From NCBI GenBank assembly GCA_963713705.1, contig CAVQMY010000033.1, positions 20,203-84,202 on the forward strand: a stretch of DNA of 64,000 nt, given 5' to 3'. Positions 27,808 to 37,688 of the stretch are shown in pieces. This stretch comes from an uncultured Verrucomicrobiae bacterium. Lineage in GTDB: Bacteria > Verrucomicrobiota > Verrucomicrobiia > Palsa-1439. The position numbers and the translations under genes are program-made. The notes under the pieces were generated by a model, which worked only from the letters and a program-made list of their open reading frames with translations, had not been told where the DNA came from and searched no databases. Every line of letters begins with the position of its first letter. Positions within the stretch are counted from its first letter, which is position 1.

Positions 27808-29379
27808 CTAGTGGGGCACGGTAATCGCGTTTTTACCCTGCTCGCTCAGTCGATCCATCGGCGGTAAGCGGTAATACACCTCGAGGATCAACGCGCCGAG
27901 TGCGGTGGAGTAGGCGGGTGTCGCGGCGAGTTCTCGGGTTTCCATCGTGCTGTTGGGGGGCGGCATCCAGCGGCCGTCACCGAATTGCTTTTTGATGAGG
28001 ATGTCGCGAATCTCCCGGTTCCAGTACTGCCAGTACGGACCACCAGCTTGGAACATCGCCTGCGTGATGTAATACCAGCCATAGAGGACGTAATCGCCCT
28101 GGGTTTTGTCCCATTCGACCCTTTGCTCCCGGAGGTAGTCAAGGGCAGACTGGATGCGCTGGTCCTTGCCATTGCTAAGGAGTTGCTGGCTGAATACGCC
28201 AATGGCGGTCATGGACGGTGATCGCTCCGGCGTTTGATAACCGAAGCCGGGGTCCTTCACGTCATACATGTTCCAGAGAAATTGTGCGGCCTTGTTGTAA
28301 ACTTCCGGCGGAACATTCAGCCCGGCCACACGGGCCGACGTCAGTGCCATGATCATCCATCCTGTGACCGACACATCCGAATCATCGGACGACGGGCGAT
28401 AGCGCCATCCGCCCACATGTTGGGGATTGTCCTTGGCGGCCGATTGTCCGCGAATGATCACATTCAACGCCCGTTCCAGCGGATCGCGCAACACAGGGGA
28501 TTGCGTCATCGCATACCCTTCCGCAAGCGCGAGAGCCACCAGGCCTTGGGAGCCACCGCCGATGTAATCTTGCGATGCATCGGAAACGAGCCCGTCGCGG
28601 CCCACGTGGAGCGACAAATAGTCCAGTGCTCTGCTGACGGCATCACCGAATTCGACAGAATCGGGTGTCTCCCCGTGCCCGAGAAAGGCCAGCGTGGCCA
28701 AGGCAGTGCCGGCAGCGGTACTTTCGCCGCATCTCCATGAACCATTCGCTTCCTGGTGTGTCTTGAGCCACCGCAATCCGGCCACGACCGCGCGCTCGGT
28801 TTCGGCGCTGCCGTTGTACTGGTTGAGACTGCTCGCGCGTTGTGGCCCCATGCGTGCTCCCAAAATACCGCCACCAGGTCCCTTGATTCCCGCAGTGCCA
28901 ATCGTGGTGTCACCGAGCCCGCTCGGGGCCATCAAACCCACGCCGGTTGGACCACCCTCCGGTCGCGCAATCGCCGTCGCGCCGTCACTCACGACCCCGA
29001 TCACGTCAGCTATGGACTCCTTACCGACTTGCGCGGATGGAGTCGTGAGGTGCGCCCGGTAGGATTCGACCGTGCCTCCGCCAGCTGTTGGGACCCCACC
29101 GGGACCTTTTCCACTCGTACCACCACCCGCGCCGAGCGTCGGGCCATTGTAGTTGAACTCGTGGGAAGCGGCGTTCGGGCTTTGCGCGTCCTTGTCGGCG
29201 GCAGACGGCGGGAGCACACCCGCGTCGAACGACGCAACGATTCTCGGGCGATTGGCTCCGATCTTGATCCAGCCGAACGCCGCGATCAACGTGACGTGTA
29301 TCAGCAGAGCAATAAGGAAAGCGTACAAGAGGCGCGTGTTTGCCGCCAACCATGTCAGGAATTTGATGGAGGCCTTCAT
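27808..29379 (-). CDS. N-terminally anchored protein with prenyltransferase/squalene-oxidase (alpha/alpha-toroid) repeats
   Basis: TM helix LLYAFLIALLIHVTLIAAF with an embedded His. Gly-rich linker. Repeated QxxxGxW-like motifs (QEANGSW, VGGWRY, FGDGRW). Last gene of the exbBD-TPR cluster. Confidence 0.6.
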   Translation of the reverse strand: MKASIKFLTWLAANTRLLYAFLIALLIHVTLIAAFGWIKIGANRPRIVASFDAGVLPPSAADKDAQSPNAASHEFNYNGPTLGAGGGTSGKGPGGVPTAGGGTVESYRAHLTTPSAQVGKESIADVIGVVSDGATAIARPEGGPTGVGLMAPSGLGDTTIGTAGIKGPGGGILGARMGPQRASSLNQYNGSAETERAVVAGLRWLKTHQEANGSWRCGESTAAGTALATLAFLGHGETPDSVEFGDAVSRALDYLSLHVGRDGLVSDASQDYIGGGSQGLVALALAEGYAMTQSPVLRDPLERALNVIIRGQSAAKDNPQHVGGWRYRPSSDDSDVSVTGWMIMALTSARVAGLNVPPEVYNKAAQFLWNMYDVKDPGFGYQTPERSPSMTAIGVFSQQLLSNGKDQRIQSALDYLREQRVEWDKTQGDYVLYGWYYITQAMFQAGGPYWQYWNREIRDILIKKQFGDGRWMPPPNSTMETRELAATPAYSTALGALILEVYYRLPPMDRLSEQGKNAITVPH

Positions 29380-29382
29380 CCG

Positions 29383-31488
29383 TCAGGACTGCCGCGGTTG
29401 GGCAGGCAGGGATTCCAACTCCTTCTTCGCATCGGCGGCAAACAGGCCATTGGGAAATCGCCGCAAATAAGTTTCAAATGCACGACGCGCCATCTGCGGA
29501 TTGCCGAGCGCCTTGTCGCATTGCCCACTGCGAAATGCTGCCTCCTCGCCATGCGGGCCGCTCATCAACAGCGATGCACGGAGATAGTATGCCAACGCGG
29601 TCTTCTTGTTTTGCTGTTCGTCGCCGCCAAACGAAAAATAGTAGTTGCCCAGCAGGTAGGCGGCTTCACCCGAGCTCTCACCCGTTGCACCAACCATGAC
29701 CGCGGTGAGAAGCTCAATCGCCTTCGCGTTGTGAGGATTCTGCGAATCTCCACCGTTGCCACGGGCAAGCTGGACTTTGGCAAGGCCCAACTCGGCGCGA
29801 TTATGGAGCACCCCCGGTGGGGTGTTCGAGACCATCTGACCGAAGATCTCTTCGGCGTCGTCGAGTTGATTCATTGCCAACTCGGTTTCCCCCAAGCCAA
29901 GCCGGGCCCGTGGCGCGGTGAGCATGTCGTCTGGATAAAGTGTGAGTGAATTTTTGTACGCTTGCCTGGCTTGGATGAGTTCTCCGCGATGGAGGAGGGC
30001 GTCGCCAATGGCGATGTAGCTGGCCGACGGCAGACGGTGCTTCTCGGGGTCGCCGAGCAGTTGCTGCGCGGCTGCGTACGCGCGGGGCGAATCACCCTCG
30101 GCCAGCGCCAGATCAATGGTGCTGGTAAGCGTGGCAATCCGGACATTGGCGTTTTGTGGATACTGAGCGGCCAGATGGTCGAGGCAGGCGTACGCATCGT
30201 TGAATCTTCTCGCAGACTTGTATGCTTCAGCAATCTGCCCAATCATGGCATTTACCGCCAGGGGATCTTCGTGGAATCTACTTAGCGTCTCCTCGCAGTT
30301 CGCTACGACATGGGCAATATCCCCACGAGCTTCAAGAATCGCGGCGATACGCAGTTCCGAAGCAATGGCTGCCTTGCGGAGATCCGCCGTCACATTCGGT
30401 GTCGTTACGGCTCGTGCTGTGATGTCGCGGTACGCCGCGAGGGCTTCGTCTGTCTTCATGTCGCGTTCCATTTGCGAAGCGATCGAGTAAAGAGCGCTGC
30501 CAACGCGCGGGTGGTTCGGATAGCGCGTCACGAAGGTACGGAATTGTTCCACCATTTCTGCGCGCTTGTTTTCCGCCCCATAACAGTTGGCGATTTCATA
30601 TACGGCAAGCGCCGCAAACGTGCTGTCCGGGAATCCCTCGACAAGTTTCCGGTAGGAGCCAATGGCGTTGTCGAAACGCCCCAGGCCGAATTGATTGCGT
30701 GCGAGTTGATAGAGAGCTTCCGCTGCGAGAGGGTTCTCAGGCCAGCGGGTGACGAATTCCTGGAACGACGCTACCGCCTTCTCGAAGTGTGCTGTGCCAC
30801 TCGGTTTGCCCGTTGGATCACCATCGTGGGCTGCGAGGCAGGCGTTAAGGTAGCCGAGTTGGAAGGTGACTTCGGGGATCAAAGAGTTGGACGGGTAAGT
30901 CGCGCGTAGTTGCTCGTAAGTCTTGACGGCGTCAGCGAGGTTCGCGCGAGCGGTCGCCGGATCGCTTGCCTTCTGAGAGATCTCGAAGTAGCACCGACCC
31001 AGTCGGAACAAGGCATCTGGCATCATCTTGCTGGTAGGGTGCTGTTGCACGAAGGCCAGGAAACTGTCGCGTGCATAGTCGAAGTCGTGGAGGGTGTAGA
31101 AGCCGTCGCCAATCCGAAAGTCTGCGGTCTCGAGAATTGGCAATCGAGGGTCCGACGCGGCCAGTTTCTGGAAGTGGTCGAGAGCTTCTGGAATCTTGCC
31201 TGATACGAAAAGGGCTTCGGCTTCGAGTAACTGGGCGTCATTGGCAGATGCACTGTCGGGATAACGGGTCTGAAATGCCTTGGCCGCACCTTCGGCCTCG
31301 TCGAATCGACGCCGTTCGATCAGCGCTTGGATGAGTCCGAGGTGGGCTTGCTCGGCGAGCTTGTCGTTCGGATGCAGCGTGAGGAACTCGCGGTACGCGG
31401 CGGACGCCTCCTCGGGACGACCCAGTGACTGGTAGCAGGTGGCGCATGCGAAACAGAGCCGATGCGCCCAGGTCAGGTCCAGCTTCAC
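29383..31488 (-). CDS. Large TPR-repeat protein
   Basis: About 700 aa of TPR-like helical repeats. GTG start, uncertain. Could be continuous with the upstream TPR ORF if two 1-nt insertions lie in 31490-31540 (the frames step 2->1->0). Confidence 0.6.
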   Translation of the reverse strand: MKLDLTWAHRLCFACATCYQSLGRPEEASAAYREFLTLHPNDKLAEQAHLGLIQALIERRRFDEAEGAAKAFQTRYPDSASANDAQLLEAEALFVSGKIPEALDHFQKLAASDPRLPILETADFRIGDGFYTLHDFDYARDSFLAFVQQHPTSKMMPDALFRLGRCYFEISQKASDPATARANLADAVKTYEQLRATYPSNSLIPEVTFQLGYLNACLAAHDGDPTGKPSGTAHFEKAVASFQEFVTRWPENPLAAEALYQLARNQFGLGRFDNAIGSYRKLVEGFPDSTFAALAVYEIANCYGAENKRAEMVEQFRTFVTRYPNHPRVGSALYSIASQMERDMKTDEALAAYRDITARAVTTPNVTADLRKAAIASELRIAAILEARGDIAHVVANCEETLSRFHEDPLAVNAMIGQIAEAYKSARRFNDAYACLDHLAAQYPQNANVRIATLTSTIDLALAEGDSPRAYAAAQQLLGDPEKHRLPSASYIAIGDALLHRGELIQARQAYKNSLTLYPDDMLTAPRARLGLGETELAMNQLDDAEEIFGQMVSNTPPGVLHNRAELGLAKVQLARGNGGDSQNPHNAKAIELLTAVMVGATGESSGEAAYLLGNYYFSFGGDEQQNKKTALAYYLRASLLMSGPHGEEAAFRSGQCDKALGNPQMARRAFETYLRRFPNGLFAADAKKELESLPAQPRQS

Positions 31489-31526
31489 ACCTGGCCTGAA
31501 GCTGGCGCAGGTCGATCAACTGCCTC

Positions 31527-32369
31527 TCATAAGTTGGAGAGCACGCCCCGCTGCGCGTAGCCCGCCTCGTGGGATTGAAGGTCGTTGATCTGATGGCGAA
31601 GGTGTTCGATCAGACTGGTTCGGGGTTGCACGCGTTTATAGCAAGCAATGGCATCGGTCCAGCGCCCCGCCTCGAACAGGGCCTCGCCGGCGAGGAAGAA
31701 GCCCTCCGAGGTGCGCGCATTATTCGCGTCCAGAGGGATTTGGTCGTAGACGCGAAGAGCGGCATCGTACTGTTTCCCGGCCATCAGGCTTTGGGCGATG
31801 AGAAACTGCGCGTCCAGGACCGTGACGGGATCGTCAGCAAATTGGGTGCGGACTTTCTGCGCGATCCCCAGCGCCGACGCAAGGTCGCCCTGTTTGAAGA
31901 ACGTCCACGCCTCGCCGAGCATGGCACGCGACAACATCTCATGGCCCGGGTACTTCACTTCAAATTCGTGATACAACTCCAGGGCTGTCGGGTAATTCTT
32001 TAACTCCCGATAGCACTCCGCCTGTTTCAAAATCGCATCAGGGATCATGGAGGCAGTGGGATAGCCCTTGATCAGGCGATCGAAGGTGTTGATGGCCTCG
32101 CGATACTTCTGCATTCCGGCCCAGCACCAGCCCTCAAGATAGATCACCTGCGGGACTGCCGTGCTGAACCGGTATTGGCCTTCGAACGCTTGCAACGCCG
32201 CCAGCGCTTCGGCGACCTTGCCGTTGTCGTAAAGGGCTTTGGCATCCTGATAAGCCTTCGCCGTCGCTGATTCCGGTTCTTGTGCGGGCGCTTGCAGGGT
32301 TAGATACATCGGCAGAAGCAGGGCTGCCAACATGGTCACGGGGCGACGTGTGTGAAACGACGGAGTCAT
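31527..32369 (-). CDS. Secreted TPR protein (YbgF/CpoB-like)
   Basis: Signal peptide MLAALLLPMYLTLQAPAQE, then TPR repeats. ATGA overlap with the upstream exbD stop. Confidence 0.65.
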   Translation of the reverse strand: MTPSFHTRRPVTMLAALLLPMYLTLQAPAQEPESATAKAYQDAKALYDNGKVAEALAALQAFEGQYRFSTAVPQVIYLEGWCWAGMQKYREAINTFDRLIKGYPTASMIPDAILKQAECYRELKNYPTALELYHEFEVKYPGHEMLSRAMLGEAWTFFKQGDLASALGIAQKVRTQFADDPVTVLDAQFLIAQSLMAGKQYDAALRVYDQIPLDANNARTSEGFFLAGEALFEAGRWTDAIACYKRVQPRTSLIEHLRHQINDLQSHEAGYAQRGVLSNL

Positions 32370-32794
32370 TGAGCCGAGGCCAGTTTGTCCGGAAGCGGGC
32401 GCAAGGCGACCTTGGTCAGGTGTGCCTGGGCGCACGCGTCCAACGCGCTGACGACATCCTGGTAACTGGCACTGGGGTCAGCTTCGATGATGATGGTGGT
32501 GTCCTGCCCGGCCATGGCCAGTTGCATCATCGCGTCGCAAAGCCCAAGAATATCATACGTCGTAGCGCCGTTGACGACGATGTTGCCCCGATCTTTCACG
32601 TGGAGCACGATATCGAGAGGCAGTTGCGCGGGGGCGTGGGCGGAGTTCACCAAGGGCAGTTTGGCATTGAAGCGCTTCTCCCGCTTGCTGAATGTGGAGA
32701 AGGACATGTAGAACACCAGCAGCATGAGAATCGTGTCGATCATCGGGATGATCTCAATACGCGCCCGCTTGATGATTCGACGCTTCAGTTTCAT
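32366..32794 (-). CDS. exbD: Biopolymer transport protein ExbD/TolR
   Basis: MKLKRRIIKRARIEIIPMIDTILMLLVFYM, a typical ExbD N-terminus and TM. ATGA overlap with the preceding exbD. Confidence 0.85.
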   Translation of the reverse strand: MKLKRRIIKRARIEIIPMIDTILMLLVFYMSFSTFSKREKRFNAKLPLVNSAHAPAQLPLDIVLHVKDRGNIVVNGATTYDILGLCDAMMQLAMAGQDTTIIIEADPSASYQDVVSALDACAQAHLTKVALRPLPDKLASAQ

Positions 32795-33201
32795 TTGGGA
32801 ACCGTCGCGAATGTGACATCGGCAATGCCAGCCTTGGAGCAAACCGTCATGAACGCGCTGAGATCCTTGTACGTCATCGCGCGGCTGCCTCGGAGGACCA
32901 GCGAGTTCAGGTTCGGATGCGTGGACTGCACGCGACGCAGGAAATCGGGAAGGTCATTAAGCTTGTAGGGTTGGCCATCGATGGTCACGTTGTCGGACGA
33001 AGACATGTTGACAATGATTTGATTGGGCAGCTTCTCAAACGGATCGCCGACAAGCGCGATGGGGAGTTTGATTCCGGCCTGGCGTTCCACTTCGGCAAAA
33101 CGCGAGAAGCTCATGTAGAAGATCAGCAGGATGACAATCGTGTCAATCATCGGGATGATCTCGATGCGCGCACGCCGGATGTTGCGACGCTTGACCTTCA
33201 T
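32791..33201 (-). CDS. exbD: Biopolymer transport protein ExbD/TolR (second paralog)
   Basis: MKVKRRNIRRARIEIIPMIDTIVILLIFYM. Confidence 0.85.
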   Translation of the reverse strand: MKVKRRNIRRARIEIIPMIDTIVILLIFYMSFSRFAEVERQAGIKLPIALVGDPFEKLPNQIIVNMSSSDNVTIDGQPYKLNDLPDFLRRVQSTHPNLNSLVLRGSRAMTYKDLSAFMTVCSKAGIADVTFATVPK

Positions 33202-33210
33202 TGGTCGAGC

Positions 33211-33882
33211 CTACTGAGGAATGGGGGACTTGAGGAGCACGATCAGTTCAGTGAGGCTCTTTTCCATGTTCATCAAGATGACCTCCTTCTTGCCGGAAAA
33301 GTAATTGTAGGCGAACAGGGCCGGGATGGCCACGGCGAGACCCGCGGCTGTGTTGATCAGCGCCTCGGAGATGCCGCCAGCCAGTTTGGTGGGGTCACTC
33401 ATGCCAATGGCTGCGACAACGCTGAAGGAATGGATCATCCCGATCGTGGTGCCCAACAATCCGATGAGCGGGCACATGGTCACCATCGAATCAAGCAACG
33501 GCAGGTGTTTCTCCAGGGAGATGAGTTCCTTGGTCACGGCGCTTTGTGCGAGGTCTTCGATCTCATCAGGTTTATAGCCATCGCGAGCCGCCTGAATCGT
33601 CGCCCGCATCACTCGCCCGGCGACACCCGACACATCGTTGGTCACCTGAAGCATGTCCGACAATGTCGCGCCCTGCTTGATCTTATGGAGTAATTCCCCG
33701 GCGCTTCCCTCGACGCTGCGGTAATAGAGAAAACGTTCGATGATCAGCGTGGCCGTGATGACCGATAACAGGGCCAGAACCAGCAGGAGGGGCCCGCCAG
33801 CTTGGAGCATTTCCCAAAGCGTCCTTGTCTTGACCGAGTCAGCGGGCACCGGCTTCCTGGGCGAACACCCGGCCGGCGCCAC
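33211..33882 (-). CDS. exbB: MotA/TolQ/ExbB proton-channel protein
   Basis: LWEMLQAGGPLLLVLALLSV N-terminus and the conserved C-terminal GLLGTTIGMI...ALINTAAGLAVAIPA. Confidence 0.85.
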   Translation of the reverse strand: MAPAGCSPRKPVPADSVKTRTLWEMLQAGGPLLLVLALLSVITATLIIERFLYYRSVEGSAGELLHKIKQGATLSDMLQVTNDVSGVAGRVMRATIQAARDGYKPDEIEDLAQSAVTKELISLEKHLPLLDSMVTMCPLIGLLGTTIGMIHSFSVVAAIGMSDPTKLAGGISEALINTAAGLAVAIPALFAYNYFSGKKEVILMNMEKSLTELIVLLKSPIPQ

Positions 33883-34095
33883 TGATGGCAGCCACTATCA
33901 AAACAGTCCAGAAGATACCGGATACAACTCGAGACATTCGCTTAGACAAGACACACATGCGGCCCACCTCCTGTTAGAGACGCTGACGACATCGTCCCGC
34001 CGATATATAGGAAGTCAGGACAGGGATGGCAACCATTTTCCCCTCCCGATCGGAGGGGAAAATCCGTCGCTGCCGTCGGACAACTCTCCAAGAAG

Positions 34096-36214
34096 CTACT
34101 CCTTCTTCGCGTCCGCGTCCTTCTCCGCCAACGCCGCTTTGCGGCTAAGCTTGACGCGGCCCCGGTCGTCGATTCCCAGCACTTTGACCCAGGTTTCATC
34201 ACCCAGCTTCAACACATCTTCGACCTGTTTGATACGATGATCCGCGATTTCGCTGATGTGCAACAAGCCGTCCTTGTCCGGCAGGATCTCCACAAACGCC
34301 CCAAATTCCTTGATACCGACCACCTTGCCGCGATAGATCTTGCCGACTTCGACTTCCGCCGTGATGGCCTTGATCTGCTCGATGGCGCGGTCGGCGGCCT
34401 CGCCGTCCGTGGAAAAGATGTGGATCGTGCCGTCGTCCTCGATGTCGATTTGACAGCCGGTGGCTTCGACGATTCCCTTGATCACCTTGCCTTGCGGCCC
34501 GATGACGGCGCCAATCTTCTCCGGGTTGATGTGGATCGCCGTGATCCGTGGCGCGTACTTCGAGAGTTCGGCGCGCGGCGACTGGATGGCTTCGGCCATC
34601 TTGCCGAGGATGATGAGCCGGGCTTCCCGCGCCTGTTCGAACGCCTGTTTGGTCAGCTCAAAGCTCAACCCGTGCAATTTAAGGTCCGTCTGGAATCCAG
34701 TGATGCCCTTGCTGGTGCCGGCGACCTTGAAATCCATGTCGCCAAAATGATCTTCGGACCCGAGAATGTCGGTGAGCGTGACCGTCTTGCCTGTCTTCTC
34801 ATCCGTGATCAAGCCGATCGAGATGCCGGCAACGGGCGCTTTCATCGGCACGCCCGCATCCATGAGGGACAGCGTCGCACCGCAAACGCTCGCCATCGAG
34901 GTCGAGCCATTCGATTCCATGATTTCGGAAGTCACGCGGATGGTGTAGGGAAAATCCACTTCTTCGGGAATCATCGGTTCGACCGAGCGTTCCGCCAACG
35001 CGCCATGACCGATCTCGCGCCGGCCCGGGGAACCCGTGCGACCGGTTTCGCCGACGCTGAACGGCGGGAAATTATAATGCAGGATGAATTTCTTCTCCGT
35101 CGGGCCGCCCGTCCACGCGTCCATATCTTGTGTGTCAGATTTCGACCCGAGCGTGGTCATCACCAGCGCCTGCGTCTCGCCGCGTTGGAAAATTGCCGAC
35201 CCGTGCGTGCGGGGCAGGACGCCAACTTCGCCGTAGATCGGGCGAATGTCGCGCGCGCCACGGCCATCCGGCCGCTTGTTGCTGTTGAGAATGGAGCTGC
35301 GAACCGCTTCGGATTCGACCTTGTGCAAAGATTCTTTGATCTCGAAATCCGTTATGTCGGCAAACTTTTGCTTCAGCCCCTCGGTGGCCTTGTCTTTGCA
35401 GGCCCGAATCGCCGCTTCGCGGGCCAGCTTGCCGGGCGTGAGGAGGGCCTTGAGTACCTCGCCACCGACCATTTGGCGGGCCGCCGCGACGACTTCGGCA
35501 CGGGCCGTGTACAGTTTGACTTCGCGTTTCGGCTTGCCGGCTTTCTGGGCCAGCTCGCGAATGGCGGCCACGATCTTCTTCGCTTCCGCATGGGCGAATT
35601 CGATGGCCTTCATGATGTCGGCCTCGGAGATCTCCTGGGCCGCGCCTTCGATCATGACCAGTTCCTTCTCGCTGCCGACGAAGACGAGATCGAGATCGCT
35701 TTCCTTTCGTTGCGTGTGCGTGGGATTGGCAATGAACTGGTCACCGACACGGACCACGCGCACCGCGGCGACCGGGCCATGCCACGGAATATCCGAAACC
35801 GCCAGGGCGGCCGATGCGCCGTTGATCGCCAGCATGTCCGGATCGTTTTCCGCATCCGCACTGAGCACAATCGCCATGATTTGCGTGTCGTTGTAAAAAC
35901 CTTCGGGAAACAACGGACGGCACGGACGGTCAATCATGCGCGCGCTGAGAATTTCCTTTTCGGTCGGAACGTCCTTCGCGCTTGAAATAACCCCCGGGGA
36001 ATTTGCCTGCCGCGGCCGCTTTCTCGCGGTAATCGACCGTGAGCGGGAAGAAGTCCAGTTCGTCGCGGGTCGAGCCGCTGGCCACGGCCGTCACAATGAC
36101 GACGGTCTCGCCAAAGGTGACGACGGCAGCGCCGTCCGCCTGCTTGGCCAGTTTGCCGGTTTCGATGATGAGTTCTTTGTCGCCAATGAGGGCACGCACT
36201 ACACTAGGCTGCAT
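34096..36214 (-). pseudogene. pnp: Polynucleotide phosphorylase, one frameshift (likely 1-nt insertion error)
   Basis: The PNPase sequence is split between ORFs 35930..36265 and 34096..35937. An extra T (plus-strand AA 35968-35969) converts [23 protein letters not shown] to a premature stop. Removing 1 nt gives 706 codons. Confidence 0.9.
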
Positions 36215-36341
36215 ATATGAGTTCCGACCGCCCGGCAGGTATCGGACTAATGGAATGATGTCCACCCGCGCCGCGTCGCGGAGTAGGCGGGCATCAATCC
36301 ATCAATCCTCCAATGCTTGCCGGGGCAATCGCCTTTCTTTT

Positions 36342-36614
36342 CTACTTTCTGAGGTTCAGTTTCTTGATTAATTCCTGGTAGCGCTTCGTGTCGGTCTGGC
36401 TCAAATAATCGAGCAACCGCCGCCGCTGGCCTACCATTTTCAGCAACCCGCGCCGCGAACTGTGGTCTTTCACATGCGCCTGCAGGTGCTGCGTCAGCTC
36501 GTTGATCCGTGACGTCAACAACGCGATCTGCACGTCCGCCGACCCGGTGTCTTTCGGGTGAAGCTGAAATTGTTTCGTGACTTCCGTCTTTTTTACCGTC
36601 GCAATCATTTCCAA
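36342..36614 (-). CDS. rpsO: 30S ribosomal protein S15
   Basis: [48 protein letters not shown]. Confidence 0.95.
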   Translation of the reverse strand: MEMIATVKKTEVTKQFQLHPKDTGSADVQIALLTSRINELTQHLQAHVKDHSSRRGLLKMVGQRRRLLDYLSQTDTKRYQELIKKLNLRK

Positions 36615-36710
36615 ATGTCTACGCCTTTCCAGTGTTAAACAGCCGTGAGTTTACCGGCGCGCGCACGGGGTGTAAAGCAGTTTTTGACCCGCCAATTTTC
36701 CGTAAGTGGT

Positions 36711-36786
36711 TGGTGGAGACGAAGGGAGTTGAACCCTCGACCTCCTGAATGCCATTCAGGCGCTCTCCCAGCTGAGCTACGTCCCC
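36711..36786 (-). tRNA. tRNA-Ala (anticodon GGC)
   Basis: Manual fold: acceptor GGGGACG/CGTCTCC with the G3:U70 Ala identity pair, anticodon loop ATGGCAT, T-loop GGTTCAACTCC, encoded CCA. Confidence 0.9.
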
Positions 36787-37010
36787 GACCAAAATCTTTA
36801 CGGAATGCGGTGCCATGCTATCCACCGAATCAACGATTGTCAAATTCGGCCTGTGCGTCGAACTTGGAGGGACACGCTCCGTCGCGGCCGTATGAACCGT
36901 AGCGCGAACCGCGCCGAGGAACTCGAGCGCCACCTCAAGAGCGGGTCCGGTCACGCCTTCGCCAACCGACATCTCTGGTAAAGACCTCGGCCTAACGCCA
37001 ACAACCATCC

Positions 37011-37155
37011 CCCCGACCGAACCCAATTTAGCGGGGGACGAACCCAACCGTCTTTCACAATTTCGATTTTTCCAACTCCCTATCGCTTCGGGATTTTCAT
37101 CGGCAATTTCACGATCAACCCGTTGGGTTCGTTTCGCAAAAACACCCTTTTTTGC
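37011..37155. repeat. Box element copy 1: CGAACCCA boxes plus 95-bp unit bounded by 11-bp inverted repeats, plus A/T hairpin
   Basis: ACGAACCCAAC (37038-37048) and GTTGGGTTCGT (37122-37132) enclose exactly 75 nt between the 10-nt cores. Followed by GCAAAAA-caccct-TTTTTGC. Homologous to 55935-56081. Confidence 0.75.
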
Positions 37156-37688
37156 GCGGCCCCTCCTCCGTAGGGGTGGGCTCCCACGCCCACCCTGTCC
37201 TTGGTACCCACAGCGCTCCCTGCCCCGACAACGGGTGTCGGGGTGAATCGCTGTGGATTAGGTCATTTGGAGGGCGAGTCTCACGGCGAGCCGCATCCCA
37301 GCCCGGTCATCACCCCTCATGCTCCCTTATGTCAAAGAACAACACCGACCACAGCCTGATACCTCTATCACAACGCGATAGACGAGTCAAACGCAGAACA
37401 TCGCTTGCAAATACAGGGTCGCTCAACAGGGACCAGCCCTGTCCGCCGAAGGTTCACCCGCCTCAGGCGGGCTTGCCCCGACTCCGAGGTTTACCTCGTT
37501 TCACGAGGTCAGGGCGGTTCGCGTCACGGACCAAGCCCTTGACCATTGATTACCCTGAGTTATGATTCCGCCATGAACAACCGCTCCTCGCGCCAGCGCT
37601 AGAAAGAAGTCAAAACCAAATCGTTACGATGATTAGGCGTGATCCAAATTTTCGATCTGGTAAGTGAGAGCGCGTAGCGTAAGTAGAC

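Noticed and set aside
37152-37565. 137-aa plus-strand ORF in the tRNA-Ala downstream region
   Set aside because: The composition is dominated by Arg/Pro/Ser/Gly, there is no start context, and the region is packed with hairpins. It is treated as noncoding (see the structured-RNA finding).
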